Below, piece after piece: positions 1 through 8,317 of a stretch of 36,987 nucleotides of DNA. The translations under genes and the position numbers were made by a program. The notes beneath the pieces are model-generated. The model was not told the DNA's origin, did no database searches, and worked only from the letters and a program-made list of their open reading frames with translations. The first letter of the stretch is position 1, and each line of letters starts with the position of its first letter. This stretch comes from Fibrobacteria bacterium (GTDB lineage: Bacteria > Fibrobacterota > Fibrobacteria > UBA11236 > JADFYW01): contig JBNKOC010000013.1 of assembly GCA_050294405.1 (NCBI GenBank), positions 1-36,987 of the forward strand. Reading direction: 5' to 3'.

Positions 1-805
1 CAGATCGTTTAAATTGAATTAATCCTGTAAATAATAACAATATTGAAATTATTAAATTTAGCAATATCACTGACCAGGGCATGGGGTTGGTTTGAAGAAA
101 TATGGAACGGAAACCTTCAATAACCCCAACCATTGGGTTTAAACAATACCAAAATTTATATTTTTCTGGTATTTGATTTAAGCCATAGACCACTGGGGAT
201 AAATACATTGCTAATTGGATAAAAAAAGTAATGGAGTAATTAATATCGCGGTACTTAATGGCTAAAGTACTGAGCCATATGCCAATGCCAAGTCCACTTA
301 CCATTAGAATAAAAAGCAAAAGGGGGAGGTAAATTATATTAGCACTTGGAATTAATTTATACCAGAAAAGCAGTATTAATATAATGCTAAAAGAGATTAA
401 AAAATCAATGCTTTTTGATAACAATATGGAAATAGGTATTACAATCCGGGGGAAGTACACTTTGCTTATCATGCTTGCAAAAGTTTTAAGGGAAGCGCTT
501 GTTCCAATTAAAGAATTTGTGAAAAAGGTCCATGGAATAATAGCTACTGCGCTATAAACCATGTAAGGGATACCTTCGGAATCTACCTTAGCCAGATTTC
601 CAAAAATAACAGAAAATATTAATATACGAATGAGAGGTTGGATAAAAGCCCATCCAAATCCCAAGATAGATTGAGCGTACCTGCTTTTGATATCCCGAAT
701 TAAAAGCATAATTAATAAGTCTCTGTACTCAGATAATTCCCTAAAATTTGGAAGGGACCAACCACTGCTAGGCTTAATTACGGTTATTTTTTCAGAACTA
801 TTCAT
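1..805 (-). CDS. wzm: ABC-2 polysaccharide export permease (Wzm/RfbA family), 3'-truncated by the window edge
   Basis: Not in the ORF track. Manual translation from ATG at 805 gives MNSSEKITVIKPSSGWSLPNFRELSEYRDLLIMLLIRDIKSRYAQSILGFGWAFIQPL..., the typical Wzm N-terminus (RDxKxRYxQxxLGxxWxxxQP). It is hydrophobic and overlaps the stop of the upstream GT. Confidence 0.9.
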   Translation of the reverse strand, partial: MNSSEKITVIKPSSGWSLPNFRELSEYRDLLIMLLIRDIKSRYAQSILGFGWAFIQPLIRILIFSVIFGNLAKVDSEGIPYMVYSAVAIIPWTFFTNSLIGTSASLKTFASMISKVYFPRIVIPISILLSKSIDFLISFSIILILLFWYKLIPSANIIYLPLLLFILMVSGLGIGIWLSTLAIKYRDINYSITFFIQLAMYLSPVVYGLNQIPEKYKFWYCLNPMVGVIEGFRSIFLQTNPMPWSVILLNLIISILLLFTGLIQFKRS

Positions 806-1931
806 AGTGAGCTAAAATGTCTTTTTCAATGTTTTCTGAAAATTTTTCATATGTGAAATCATCAATGGCATCCATTCCGTTTAAGCCAAGCTCATTCCAT
901 TTCTTCGGGTTATTAAATAATTCATTTATAGAATCAATCCATATTTTAACATTTAAATCCAGGCTGATTCCACATTTATAATGGTTTAATACTTGCGGTA
1001 TTGACGAGACTTTGGATGTAATAGGAATGCATTTATGAGCCATGGCTTCACTAATTACCTTTGGCCAACCCTCGGATGCAATAGAGGGAAATAAAAAGAA
1101 ATGAGAGTTTTTATAAAAAGTGTGAATTTTTGAATGCCGCATATATCCTGTTGATTTGATTTTTAATTTTTCTGGGAAATTTTGAATATGGCTTAATAAA
1201 GGCCCATCTCCAATAACATCAATAGAATATTGGATTTGTTGCTTAAATAATTCTTCGGCTAATTTTTCTATAAAAAGAATCCCTTTAGCCTCTTCGATTC
1301 TTCCCACGAATAAAAATTTAACAGGAAATGTAATTTGTTTTGATAAACAATTATTTCTCGCGTTGATTGCTTCAGGTCTATAGATACAAGGATTGACGAC
1401 ACTAATTATGTGTGCCTTTTGATTTTGCCAAGTTCCATTAATCGTAACTTTTCCTTTGCAAAAATTTTTATTGAGAATTGACTTTTGCAGCCTATAGGAT
1501 ATTGGCTCATTCGGATATTTATCCCAATTTCCCGCGTATTTAATCCAGCGCTTCGGTTTTTTATTAATAGAAAGTATTATAAGAGAAAGAAGTGCGATGT
1601 TACAGGGTGCGCGAACATAAATCCAATCAGTTGTGTCCAGCTCATTAATTTTTTTGCGAATCTTTAAAAAATAGTCAAAGCTTTTTAATACCAACTTGAT
1701 TTTTGCCAGAACTGATTCACCCCCAATGGGGTCCAAAAGAGAAAACTTTATGTTTTTTTTTCTATAGGGCTCACTACTTGCCGGAACATCATTGTTGTGC
1801 AAAAACCCAACAATTTCCACCTCTTCAAAAAAAATAGCGAGTTCGTCATTTTCCTTAACTGTAGGCCCCCATCCAAAAATTTGTTCTTTGTGATTATAAT
1901 GGGGCGTGTGTGATAAAATGAGAAGCTTCAA
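798..1931 (-). CDS. Glycosyltransferase, GT4 (group 1) family
   Basis: FLFVGRIEEAKG and the EX7E motif SEGWPKVISEAMA. TTG start. Lies within the polysaccharide operon. Confidence 0.88.
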   Translation of the reverse strand: MKLLILSHTPHYNHKEQIFGWGPTVKENDELAIFFEEVEIVGFLHNNDVPASSEPYRKKNIKFSLLDPIGGESVLAKIKLVLKSFDYFLKIRKKINELDTTDWIYVRAPCNIALLSLIILSINKKPKRWIKYAGNWDKYPNEPISYRLQKSILNKNFCKGKVTINGTWQNQKAHIISVVNPCIYRPEAINARNNCLSKQITFPVKFLFVGRIEEAKGILFIEKLAEELFKQQIQYSIDVIGDGPLLSHIQNFPEKLKIKSTGYMRHSKIHTFYKNSHFFLFPSIASEGWPKVISEAMAHKCIPITSKVSSIPQVLNHYKCGISLDLNVKIWIDSINELFNNPKKWNELGLNGMDAIDDFTYEKFSENIEKDILAHYE

Positions 1932-1934
1932 ATT

Positions 1935-3074
1935 TTATACGCCTGCTAAAAATTTCTTTATTTTACGGCTTATGTAATCGATCTCATTATTTTTTAAGGA
2001 TGGGTAAACAGGAAGAGTTATAATTTTTTGATATTCATAATAGGCAACTGGAAAGTCTAATGCCTTGTAGCCATATTTATTTTTGTAATAACTATGTAAG
2101 TGAACAGGCTTAAAATGGACGCTTGTAGATATTCCTTGCTGAAATAAATAATCAATGAGTTGGTTTCTAAGTCCAGGTTTATCGTGTTTAATTCTAATGG
2201 GGTAAATGTACCAAGATGAAATGCATTTATTTGGTATGCTTAGGCTGGTTATGTTCTTTTCCTTAGAAAAGCTATTCATGTAATTTGATGCGATTCGGGT
2301 TCTTTTTTTTAAGAAAAGGTCGGCTTTTTTTAATTGCATTATTCCCAAACATGCCGCTATATCCGTTGGATTGTATTTAAATCCCTTTACAGAAATGTCA
2401 TACTCCCATTTGGCGGATTTATATCTGTTGATGGCGTCTCTGGACATTCCATGGAGCCTTAATAATTTAACTTTGTCAGCTATTTTTTTGCTTTGGGTTG
2501 TTAGCATACCTCCTTCAGCTGTGGTTATGCACTTATTTGCGTAAAAACTAAAACAAGTAATATGTCCGATAGAACCCACCGGTTTTCCATTATAATAGGC
2601 CGGAGTGCAATGTGCGGCGTCTTCAATAACATATAATTTATGTTTTCTGGCAATTTTTAAAATTTCTTTCATTTCACAGGGAATGCCTGAGAAGTGAACA
2701 GGGATGATTGCCCTGGTCTTTGAAGTGATTTGAGCTTCAATTAATTTTTCATTGATATTTAAAGTGTCTTTGCGAATATCTACAAAAATAGGTTTTGCCC
2801 CCATGTATTCAATAACCTCCGTAGTGGCGGCAAAAGTAAAAGGAGTGGTGATAACTTCATCTCCGGGCTTAATATCAATCGCTTCCAAGGCCAAATGCAA
2901 AGCCGCCGTTCCGGAATTAACCATAATGGCATGAGTGGCATTAACATATTGGGCAAAATTGGTTTCAAATTCCAGGGTTTTTGGACCAGTGGTCAGCCAG
3001 CCATTTTTTATAACCTGCCCAACTTGGGCAATGGTTTTGGAATCAATTTCTGGTTTGAAAAAAGGAATTTTCAT
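1935..3074 (-). CDS. DegT/DnrJ/EryC1/StrS family PLP-dependent nucleotide-sugar aminotransferase
   Basis: VNSGTAALHLAL, IEDAAH and CFSFYANKCITTAEGG (PLP lysine) motifs. Confidence 0.95.
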   Translation of the reverse strand: MKIPFFKPEIDSKTIAQVGQVIKNGWLTTGPKTLEFETNFAQYVNATHAIMVNSGTAALHLALEAIDIKPGDEVITTPFTFAATTEVIEYMGAKPIFVDIRKDTLNINEKLIEAQITSKTRAIIPVHFSGIPCEMKEILKIARKHKLYVIEDAAHCTPAYYNGKPVGSIGHITCFSFYANKCITTAEGGMLTTQSKKIADKVKLLRLHGMSRDAINRYKSAKWEYDISVKGFKYNPTDIAACLGIMQLKKADLFLKKRTRIASNYMNSFSKEKNITSLSIPNKCISSWYIYPIRIKHDKPGLRNQLIDYLFQQGISTSVHFKPVHLHSYYKNKYGYKALDFPVAYYEYQKIITLPVYPSLKNNEIDYISRKIKKFLAGV

Positions 3075-3165
3075 TTAAAAATTAGGGAAAACTGGGCTTT
3101 TTAGGTCTTTGCAGAAAAAGCTTAAACCAGGCTAAAATTGAGGTTTTTTTTATGAGGTGGATAAA

Positions 3166-3196
3166 GCTTCGCTATTGATAGTCCCATTTGACTATC
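3166..3196 (-). promoter_or_regulatory. Candidate ops/JUMPstart-like element: hairpin followed by GCGAAGC
   Basis: The minus strand reads GATAGTC-AAATGG-GACTATC (7-bp stem, 3196-3177), then AATA, then GCGAAGC (3172-3166). It lies in the leader of the polysaccharide operon next to upxY. Confidence 0.55.
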
Positions 3197-3218
3197 CCAA
3201 AAATCTCAAATTTCCTTA

Positions 3219-3247
3219 ATTATCCTTATTTTATTTTGGGGAATCAA
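3219..3247 (-). promoter_or_regulatory. Candidate sigma70 promoter for the polysaccharide operon
   Basis: TTGATT (3247-3242), a 17-nt spacer, and GATAAT (3224-3219) on the minus strand, just upstream of the hairpin/ops-like element. Confidence 0.5.
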
Positions 3248-3308
3248 GGAATTCCCGCTTTTAATTTTGCTCATTTAAACTCGGAGAAACAAATGGCCAA
3301 ATTATGCA

Positions 3309-3851
3309 TTAAGCCAGGTTTTCCAGTGATAAGGTAGAGTAGTGGGGCGATAGGTTTTTGATTTCTGTTTTAAAGCTCCCACCAATGCTGGGAATGTGGA
3401 TGGACACCCAGTTTTGATTGAGGAAAGCTTCGATTTCCCCTTCGATTCCAAAAAAGGCTCCCTTGAGTATTTCCACTTTTTCGCCCAGAGAAAAAGGGTG
3501 TTTTTTGTTTACGTATTCAAAGGGGATTTTACTTTCTTCGATTTTACGGACCAATTCCATTTCTTTTGCGGGAATGGGTGTAATTTTGCCTTTGTTGCTT
3601 ATAATGTTGAGTACATTTGTATTGGATAAGACATCCAAGCGGTTGGAAAGTGTCATTTTCACAAATACATAACTTGGAATAAGTGGCACTAATAATTTTT
3701 TATAACGATCGGACCAACGGCGTTTTACCCAATGCATGGGTAAATAAATTTCAAATTTTTGACAAAAGGCCTTTTGAACCACTTTTTCGCATTTGGAACG
3801 GGTATGTATTGCATACCAATTTAATTCGCTGCTATTTGAGAGTTCCACCAT
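3309..3851 (-). CDS. upxY: UpxY-family (NusG/RfaH paralogue) transcription antiterminator
   Basis: NGN domain WYAIHTRSKCEK...YLPM...RRWSDR.K....PLIPSYVFV and KOW motif GEKVEILKGAFFGIEG. Adjacent to a polysaccharide locus. Confidence 0.92.
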   Translation of the reverse strand: MVELSNSSELNWYAIHTRSKCEKVVQKAFCQKFEIYLPMHWVKRRWSDRYKKLLVPLIPSYVFVKMTLSNRLDVLSNTNVLNIISNKGKITPIPAKEMELVRKIEESKIPFEYVNKKHPFSLGEKVEILKGAFFGIEGEIEAFLNQNWVSIHIPSIGGSFKTEIKNLSPHYSTLSLENLA

Positions 3852-3856
3852 GAATA

Positions 3857-4624
3857 TTATTGCACAATAAACCAGGGGTTAAGCAAGTTTTTTTTATTAT
3901 ACAAAAGACTGCTTTGTGAATTATGTTCCAATACCTTTTTTCCCGCTTTTAAAACAATAGCGTGGGCAGCCGCTGTATCCCATTCCATGGTGGGTCCCAG
4001 CCTGGGATATATATCTGCCTTTCCTTCGGCTACCAGGCATAATTTTAGAGAACTTCCCATGGATATGAGTTCAATTTTTTGGTTTTTAGCTTCAAACCCT
4101 TTTAAATAATCTAAGAAATCCTGGGATTGATGAGAACGGCTTCCTACAATTTTAAGAGCATGATTTGTTTCATGGTTTGGGATAGGCAGTTTTTGAGGAG
4201 AAGAGCCATTTTCGGATTTATAACTGCTAGATTCATCTGTGTAATACATCCAATCCAGATATGGGGCATAAACCACTCCAAAAACCGGAGTTTGACCTTC
4301 AATCAAGGCGATGTTAACAGTAAATTCTCCATTTTTTTTTACGAATTCTTTGGTGCCGTCTAGTGGGTCGACCAACCAAAAACTTTCCCAATCCTTTCTG
4401 ATTTCGTAATCCAATAATTTGCCCTCTTCAGATAAAATGGGAATATTGTGGTTTAAGTTCTGCAAACCTTCCACAATAATTTTATGGGCAGCTTTATCTG
4501 CTTCCGTTAGAGGGCTGGAATCGCCCTTGTATTCCACTTCAAAATCCCTCCCGTAAATTTCCATAATGGCATCTCCGGCCATTCTGGAAATTTTTAGTAA
4601 TTCAGGTAAATATTTATTTATCAT
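3857..4624 (-). CDS. cysQ: 3'(2'),5'-bisphosphate nucleotidase CysQ
   Basis: SPLTEAD, ILSEEG, WLVDPLDGTKEF, GSSLKLCLVAEGKADIYPRLGPTMEWDTAA motifs. Confidence 0.96.
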   Translation of the reverse strand: MINKYLPELLKISRMAGDAIMEIYGRDFEVEYKGDSSPLTEADKAAHKIIVEGLQNLNHNIPILSEEGKLLDYEIRKDWESFWLVDPLDGTKEFVKKNGEFTVNIALIEGQTPVFGVVYAPYLDWMYYTDESSSYKSENGSSPQKLPIPNHETNHALKIVGSRSHQSQDFLDYLKGFEAKNQKIELISMGSSLKLCLVAEGKADIYPRLGPTMEWDTAAAHAIVLKAGKKVLEHNSQSSLLYNKKNLLNPWFIVQ

Positions 4625-4677
4625 AGAGTTCTAAAATAAATTCCCAAAGGTTAAAAACCAGTTTTTTTGGCCATAAT

Positions 4678-5952
4678 TTAGGGAACCTGGCAGTTTTCCA
4701 AGGGATTTTTTCCAGTAAAATTTTCTGGGGCAATAAGACACCAGTTTTCGGCAATATTGTTTTGGCCGAGGGCATTAAAATTTTTGGCTGAAATCAATCC
4801 CCTTTCAGATCCTACGGAGTCTACAGGCAAATATTCTGATGTATAAGAAAGGGAATCCACTAAAACATCACGAGATTGGTACTCACAAACAAGAAGAAGG
4901 CTTTGCTTGGTGCTTACCATTTGCATTTCTATTTGAATATCCGCAATAGCCGATTCTGCCCCTCCTAAAACCAAAGATTTTCCTGGCTCAATCACCGTGC
5001 CGTTTTCGAAATGATAGCTGGTAGTGGTGGAATTGCTGCCGCGGGTGCGCGCTACCTTGCAACTATCCAGAATAAGGCTGTCAGAACTCATATTAAATAG
5101 GGAAATACTTTCACCGGAGTTTCCGCCCATCTGGACGGGAGGTTCAGGAAAAAAGTGGGTAAATCTTATATCAAAAATCTCAGGAGTTCTGAGTGCGGAG
5201 TTGGGCAAAGTTAATTCCAATTCGATGTTTGCATTTTCTTCAACTTCAAAACTAATACCGGATTGTGATTTCTGATAATCCAGGGGGATATTTAAAGCGA
5301 ATTGTTCGCCCATGGGAATGAATATGGAATCACTGGAAAGATAGTGAAACAGCAAATCGCCGCTGGCATTGCGCAAATTAACTTCTACTTGATATTTACT
5401 GTCTCCCATAATTTTGGGGATGGAAATTTTTCCAAAGTCTGAATAAATATGGATGGCGGAATCATAACTTATTTGAGCGTTCGATAATATAACGTTTCCG
5501 GACATAACTCCATAGGGGTTGCCCAAACCAAGGGCCAGAGTGGAATTGATGCTGGAAAAGTTTGGCTGGCAGCGGATAGTAACATTAATGCTTTCTCCGG
5601 CTACTATGTTTACGTTGTGTATTGCCCCGGTAAATATTACAATGCCATTTTCGTCTAAAAGTTCTGCGAAAATGCTCTGGTTGGGACCGGGTTCTATGTT
5701 GGAAAACTCCAGGCTTTCCTCTAAAAAAGGAGCTTCAAAATTTTGGTTTCCGAGGTCTGAACCCGTAATTAATATTTTCACAGTTTTAGCATCTGAAATA
5801 GAATAACTGGGCTCTGCGGAGGCTTTCCTTAATATGTATTGGTGAAAATTAATATGAATACTGGAAGCGCCTTTTTCAGAAGAATCCGGAGACTCTTTGG
5901 CAGATTGAATGCAGCTTGAGAAAAATAGCCCGAATAAGATTACCCAATACAT
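4678..5952 (-). CDS. Putative lipoprotein with a C-terminal lamin-tail-like domain
   Basis: Lipobox-like FFSS-C after a hydrophobic stretch. The C-terminal pattern IRFTHFFPEP...ESISLFNMS...ILDSCKV...FENGTVIEPGKSLVL resembles LTD domains. AAGGAAGG RBS upstream. Confidence 0.6.
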   Translation of the reverse strand: MYWVILFGLFFSSCIQSAKESPDSSEKGASSIHINFHQYILRKASAEPSYSISDAKTVKILITGSDLGNQNFEAPFLEESLEFSNIEPGPNQSIFAELLDENGIVIFTGAIHNVNIVAGESINVTIRCQPNFSSINSTLALGLGNPYGVMSGNVILSNAQISYDSAIHIYSDFGKISIPKIMGDSKYQVEVNLRNASGDLLFHYLSSDSIFIPMGEQFALNIPLDYQKSQSGISFEVEENANIELELTLPNSALRTPEIFDIRFTHFFPEPPVQMGGNSGESISLFNMSSDSLILDSCKVARTRGSNSTTTSYHFENGTVIEPGKSLVLGGAESAIADIQIEMQMVSTKQSLLLVCEYQSRDVLVDSLSYTSEYLPVDSVGSERGLISAKNFNALGQNNIAENWCLIAPENFTGKNPLENCQVP

Positions 5953-6072
5953 GGAAACCTTCCTTATGTTTAAAGAAAATACGCGATAAAAACTACCGAA
6001 GGCAGCTTGTATCCAAGAATTAGTTTGCTTAACGCAGCTTAAAATCTAATTAAGCTAAAAATATATTTCAAG

Positions 6073-7287
6073 CTATTTTTTATAGCTAGGCGGATTCTTT
6101 GTGGATTTCCAAATATTTTTAACCAAGCCAAAATTACTTAGTAACATCATGGCTATTTTGCTGTATCCGATGGTTTTGTAAGGTTGTTTAAATTCTTTTT
6201 CAACTAGAAACTTTATTTGATTCCAAAATTTGTCGCTGGTGTTTTCGCCAATTTTAAATATCCATTCTCGTATCCATATTTGATGTAAATGATGCTTGCC
6301 GATTTCATCCCAACAGTGCTTGTGATAGCCTTCCAGAAACGATTCGGAATTATCTTTTATTTCCAAAGATTTGCAGACCCATTTAGCCGCAATGGAACCC
6401 GCCAGCATTCCCGAGGCAATCCCGCCCCCGGTAAGGGGATCCGTATGGTGGGCGGCATCTCCCGTAAGAAGAAACCCATCAGCCACGGATTGTTGCAAGT
6501 TACCGCTTACAGGAACAGAGCCCCCGTGCACATCCAACAGTTTGTGATTGGGGAAAAACTTCTCCTTAAATTCCATGGTGACATCGTACATATTCGGCTG
6601 CTTTGCCTTGGGAGTGATAGTGCCCGCTCCAATGTTAATAACATTGCTTTTGATTTTAGGGAATACCCAAACATAGCCTTTGGGAATATCTTTGTAATGT
6701 AACCAGAAAGACAAATGGTTGGGGTGCTCATCCATACCCTCTACGCGAAATTCGATAGCAGAGCATACATGGGCCGCCATTTGGCGGGATTTCAGTCCGG
6801 CCCATTGTCCGCAAAGGGATTCAACTCCGTCCGCAGCTACCACTATGTTTGCTTCAACCTCAATTTCCTGTCCATCATAAACAAGGCTGATCTTTCGCTT
6901 TCCATTTTGATAGGGATGCACATTGGAAACTCTGGCATCGAGCAGAAGCTGGGCCCCGGCCTCCTCGCTTTTTTTTGCCAAATCCTGATCGAATAAGGCT
7001 CTATCCAGCATGAGGCCAACATTGGCCTCATCGTATTTGATGTAATGGTTAGGGTGGTGTAAAATCACCCCGTGCACATCACTCTCAATATAATCTTCAT
7101 TGATTTCTACAAATTCCGAAAGCCGCTGCCTTGTGCCGGTGGCTTCACCGCAACGCACGGGCACTCCCACAACAGGTCTTTTTTCAACCTGGAGAACTTC
7201 ATAGCCTTGTTTGGCAATGTTCATGGCGCAAATGCTACCTGAAGGACCGGCGCCTATTACAATGGCATCATACTGTTTTTTTATCAA
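6073..7287 (-). CDS. Geranylgeranyl reductase family flavoprotein (DGGGPL reductase-like)
   Basis: GAGPSG FAD motif, PVRCGEA, PKGYVWVFP (YxWxFP), GDAAHHTDPLTGGGI. TTG start overlapping the ferredoxin gene. Confidence 0.88.
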   Translation of the reverse strand: MIKKQYDAIVIGAGPSGSICAMNIAKQGYEVLQVEKRPVVGVPVRCGEATGTRQRLSEFVEINEDYIESDVHGVILHHPNHYIKYDEANVGLMLDRALFDQDLAKKSEEAGAQLLLDARVSNVHPYQNGKRKISLVYDGQEIEVEANIVVAADGVESLCGQWAGLKSRQMAAHVCSAIEFRVEGMDEHPNHLSFWLHYKDIPKGYVWVFPKIKSNVINIGAGTITPKAKQPNMYDVTMEFKEKFFPNHKLLDVHGGSVPVSGNLQQSVADGFLLTGDAAHHTDPLTGGGIASGMLAGSIAAKWVCKSLEIKDNSESFLEGYHKHCWDEIGKHHLHQIWIREWIFKIGENTSDKFWNQIKFLVEKEFKQPYKTIGYSKIAMMLLSNFGLVKNIWKSTKNPPSYKK

Positions 7288-7468
7288 TGGAGAGCGCTCC
7301 TACAGGGCAAATTCTAACACACAAAGTGCAATAGGTACATTTGGGTTGAAAAATTTGCAAATTGGTTTGATACATATCCAGGGCAAATGTGGGGCAAAGC
7401 CCTACGCATCCCGCGCAAGAGATGCATTTGTTTCTATCCAGATTTAAATTGAGATCTTTTTTTGCCAT
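7268..7468 (-). CDS. 2x[4Fe-4S] ferredoxin
   Basis: CISCAGCVGLCP and CTYCTLCVRICP motifs in 66 aa. Confidence 0.93.
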   Translation of the reverse strand: MAKKDLNLNLDRNKCISCAGCVGLCPTFALDMYQTNLQIFQPKCTYCTLCVRICPVGALSIDKKTV

Positions 7469-7479
7469 GAATATTCAGC

Positions 7480-8283
7480 TTATATTTTGAGAACTTCCAG
7501 AAGATTGCTTTCCATAGTGGAATAGTCCTGGGCCCCGGTGACCACTTTTTGAATGACACCGAATTTATCAATGTACACCATAGTTGGAAATGCCATAATG
7601 GAATAATCTTTGTGAGTCAACTTGGAAGTGTCGTTAAAAAGGGGGTAGCTGTGGGGATTTTTTTCCTGAAATTGTTTAAGCAAAGAAAGCGGTTCAGAAC
7701 TGATGCCCACAATAACTACATCTTTACTTTTGTAATTTTGGTATAACTTTTCTAGGGAAGGCAGGGTGAATTTGCAGGGCCCACACCAAGTTGCCCAAAA
7801 ATCCAGAATAATGGTTTTTCCTTTTAAAAATTCCGAATCAATAGAATTGGCGTAAAAACTTCCCTTTAATGCTGTGAAAGGGCTGCCAACCATAAGGTTA
7901 GTGATGCTGCGGATATCTTCCGGGCGAGGGGATAGGGCCATTTTTTTAGTAATAATTTTCCCATTTCGGCCCAGGGTTAGTTCTACAATTTCTCCTACTT
8001 CCATACTCTGAATAGTTTGGAGTAGGGTTGCCCTTCCATTTAAGGGCGTGCCATTTACACTTAATATAATGTCATTTGGCTCGAGCCCGGCTTGTTCTCC
8101 AGAGGCACCGGGAATAACTTTTTCGATTTGCACAGCTCCCTCAGGCATTTTATGTCCAAGCTCTTTGGGTATGGAAGAAAGGGGCAAGTCTTTAAAGGCT
8201 ATGCCAATCCAGGCTTTTGGCGAACTTGTTTTTTGAGCCCAAAGTGTAAAACTAAGGGCCAGACATAAAAAAAGACTCTTCAT
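7480..8283 (-). CDS. Secreted PDZ + TlpA/ResA-like thioredoxin domain protein
   Basis: Start reassigned to ATG 8283 (signal peptide MKSLFLCLALSFTLWA). PDZ segment WIGI...VIPGASGEQAGLEPNDIILSVNG, then LDFWATWCGPC. Confidence 0.88.
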   Translation of the reverse strand: MKSLFLCLALSFTLWAQKTSSPKAWIGIAFKDLPLSSIPKELGHKMPEGAVQIEKVIPGASGEQAGLEPNDIILSVNGTPLNGRATLLQTIQSMEVGEIVELTLGRNGKIITKKMALSPRPEDIRSITNLMVGSPFTALKGSFYANSIDSEFLKGKTIILDFWATWCGPCKFTLPSLEKLYQNYKSKDVVIVGISSEPLSLLKQFQEKNPHSYPLFNDTSKLTHKDYSIMAFPTMVYIDKFGVIQKVVTGAQDYSTMESNLLEVLKI

Positions 8284-8317
8284 TCCTATTCCGGTAAAAG
8301 GCAATAATCTACAAAGA

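Noticed and set aside
6010..6022. 13-nt match TATCCAAGAATTA to the reverse complement of 35815-35827
   Set aside because: Matches of this length are expected by chance in 37 kb of AT-rich DNA.
6036..6056. AGCTTAA-N7-TTAAGCT inverted repeat downstream of the GGR gene
   Set aside because: AT-rich 7-bp stem without a U-tract on the minus strand; too weak to call as a terminator or operator.
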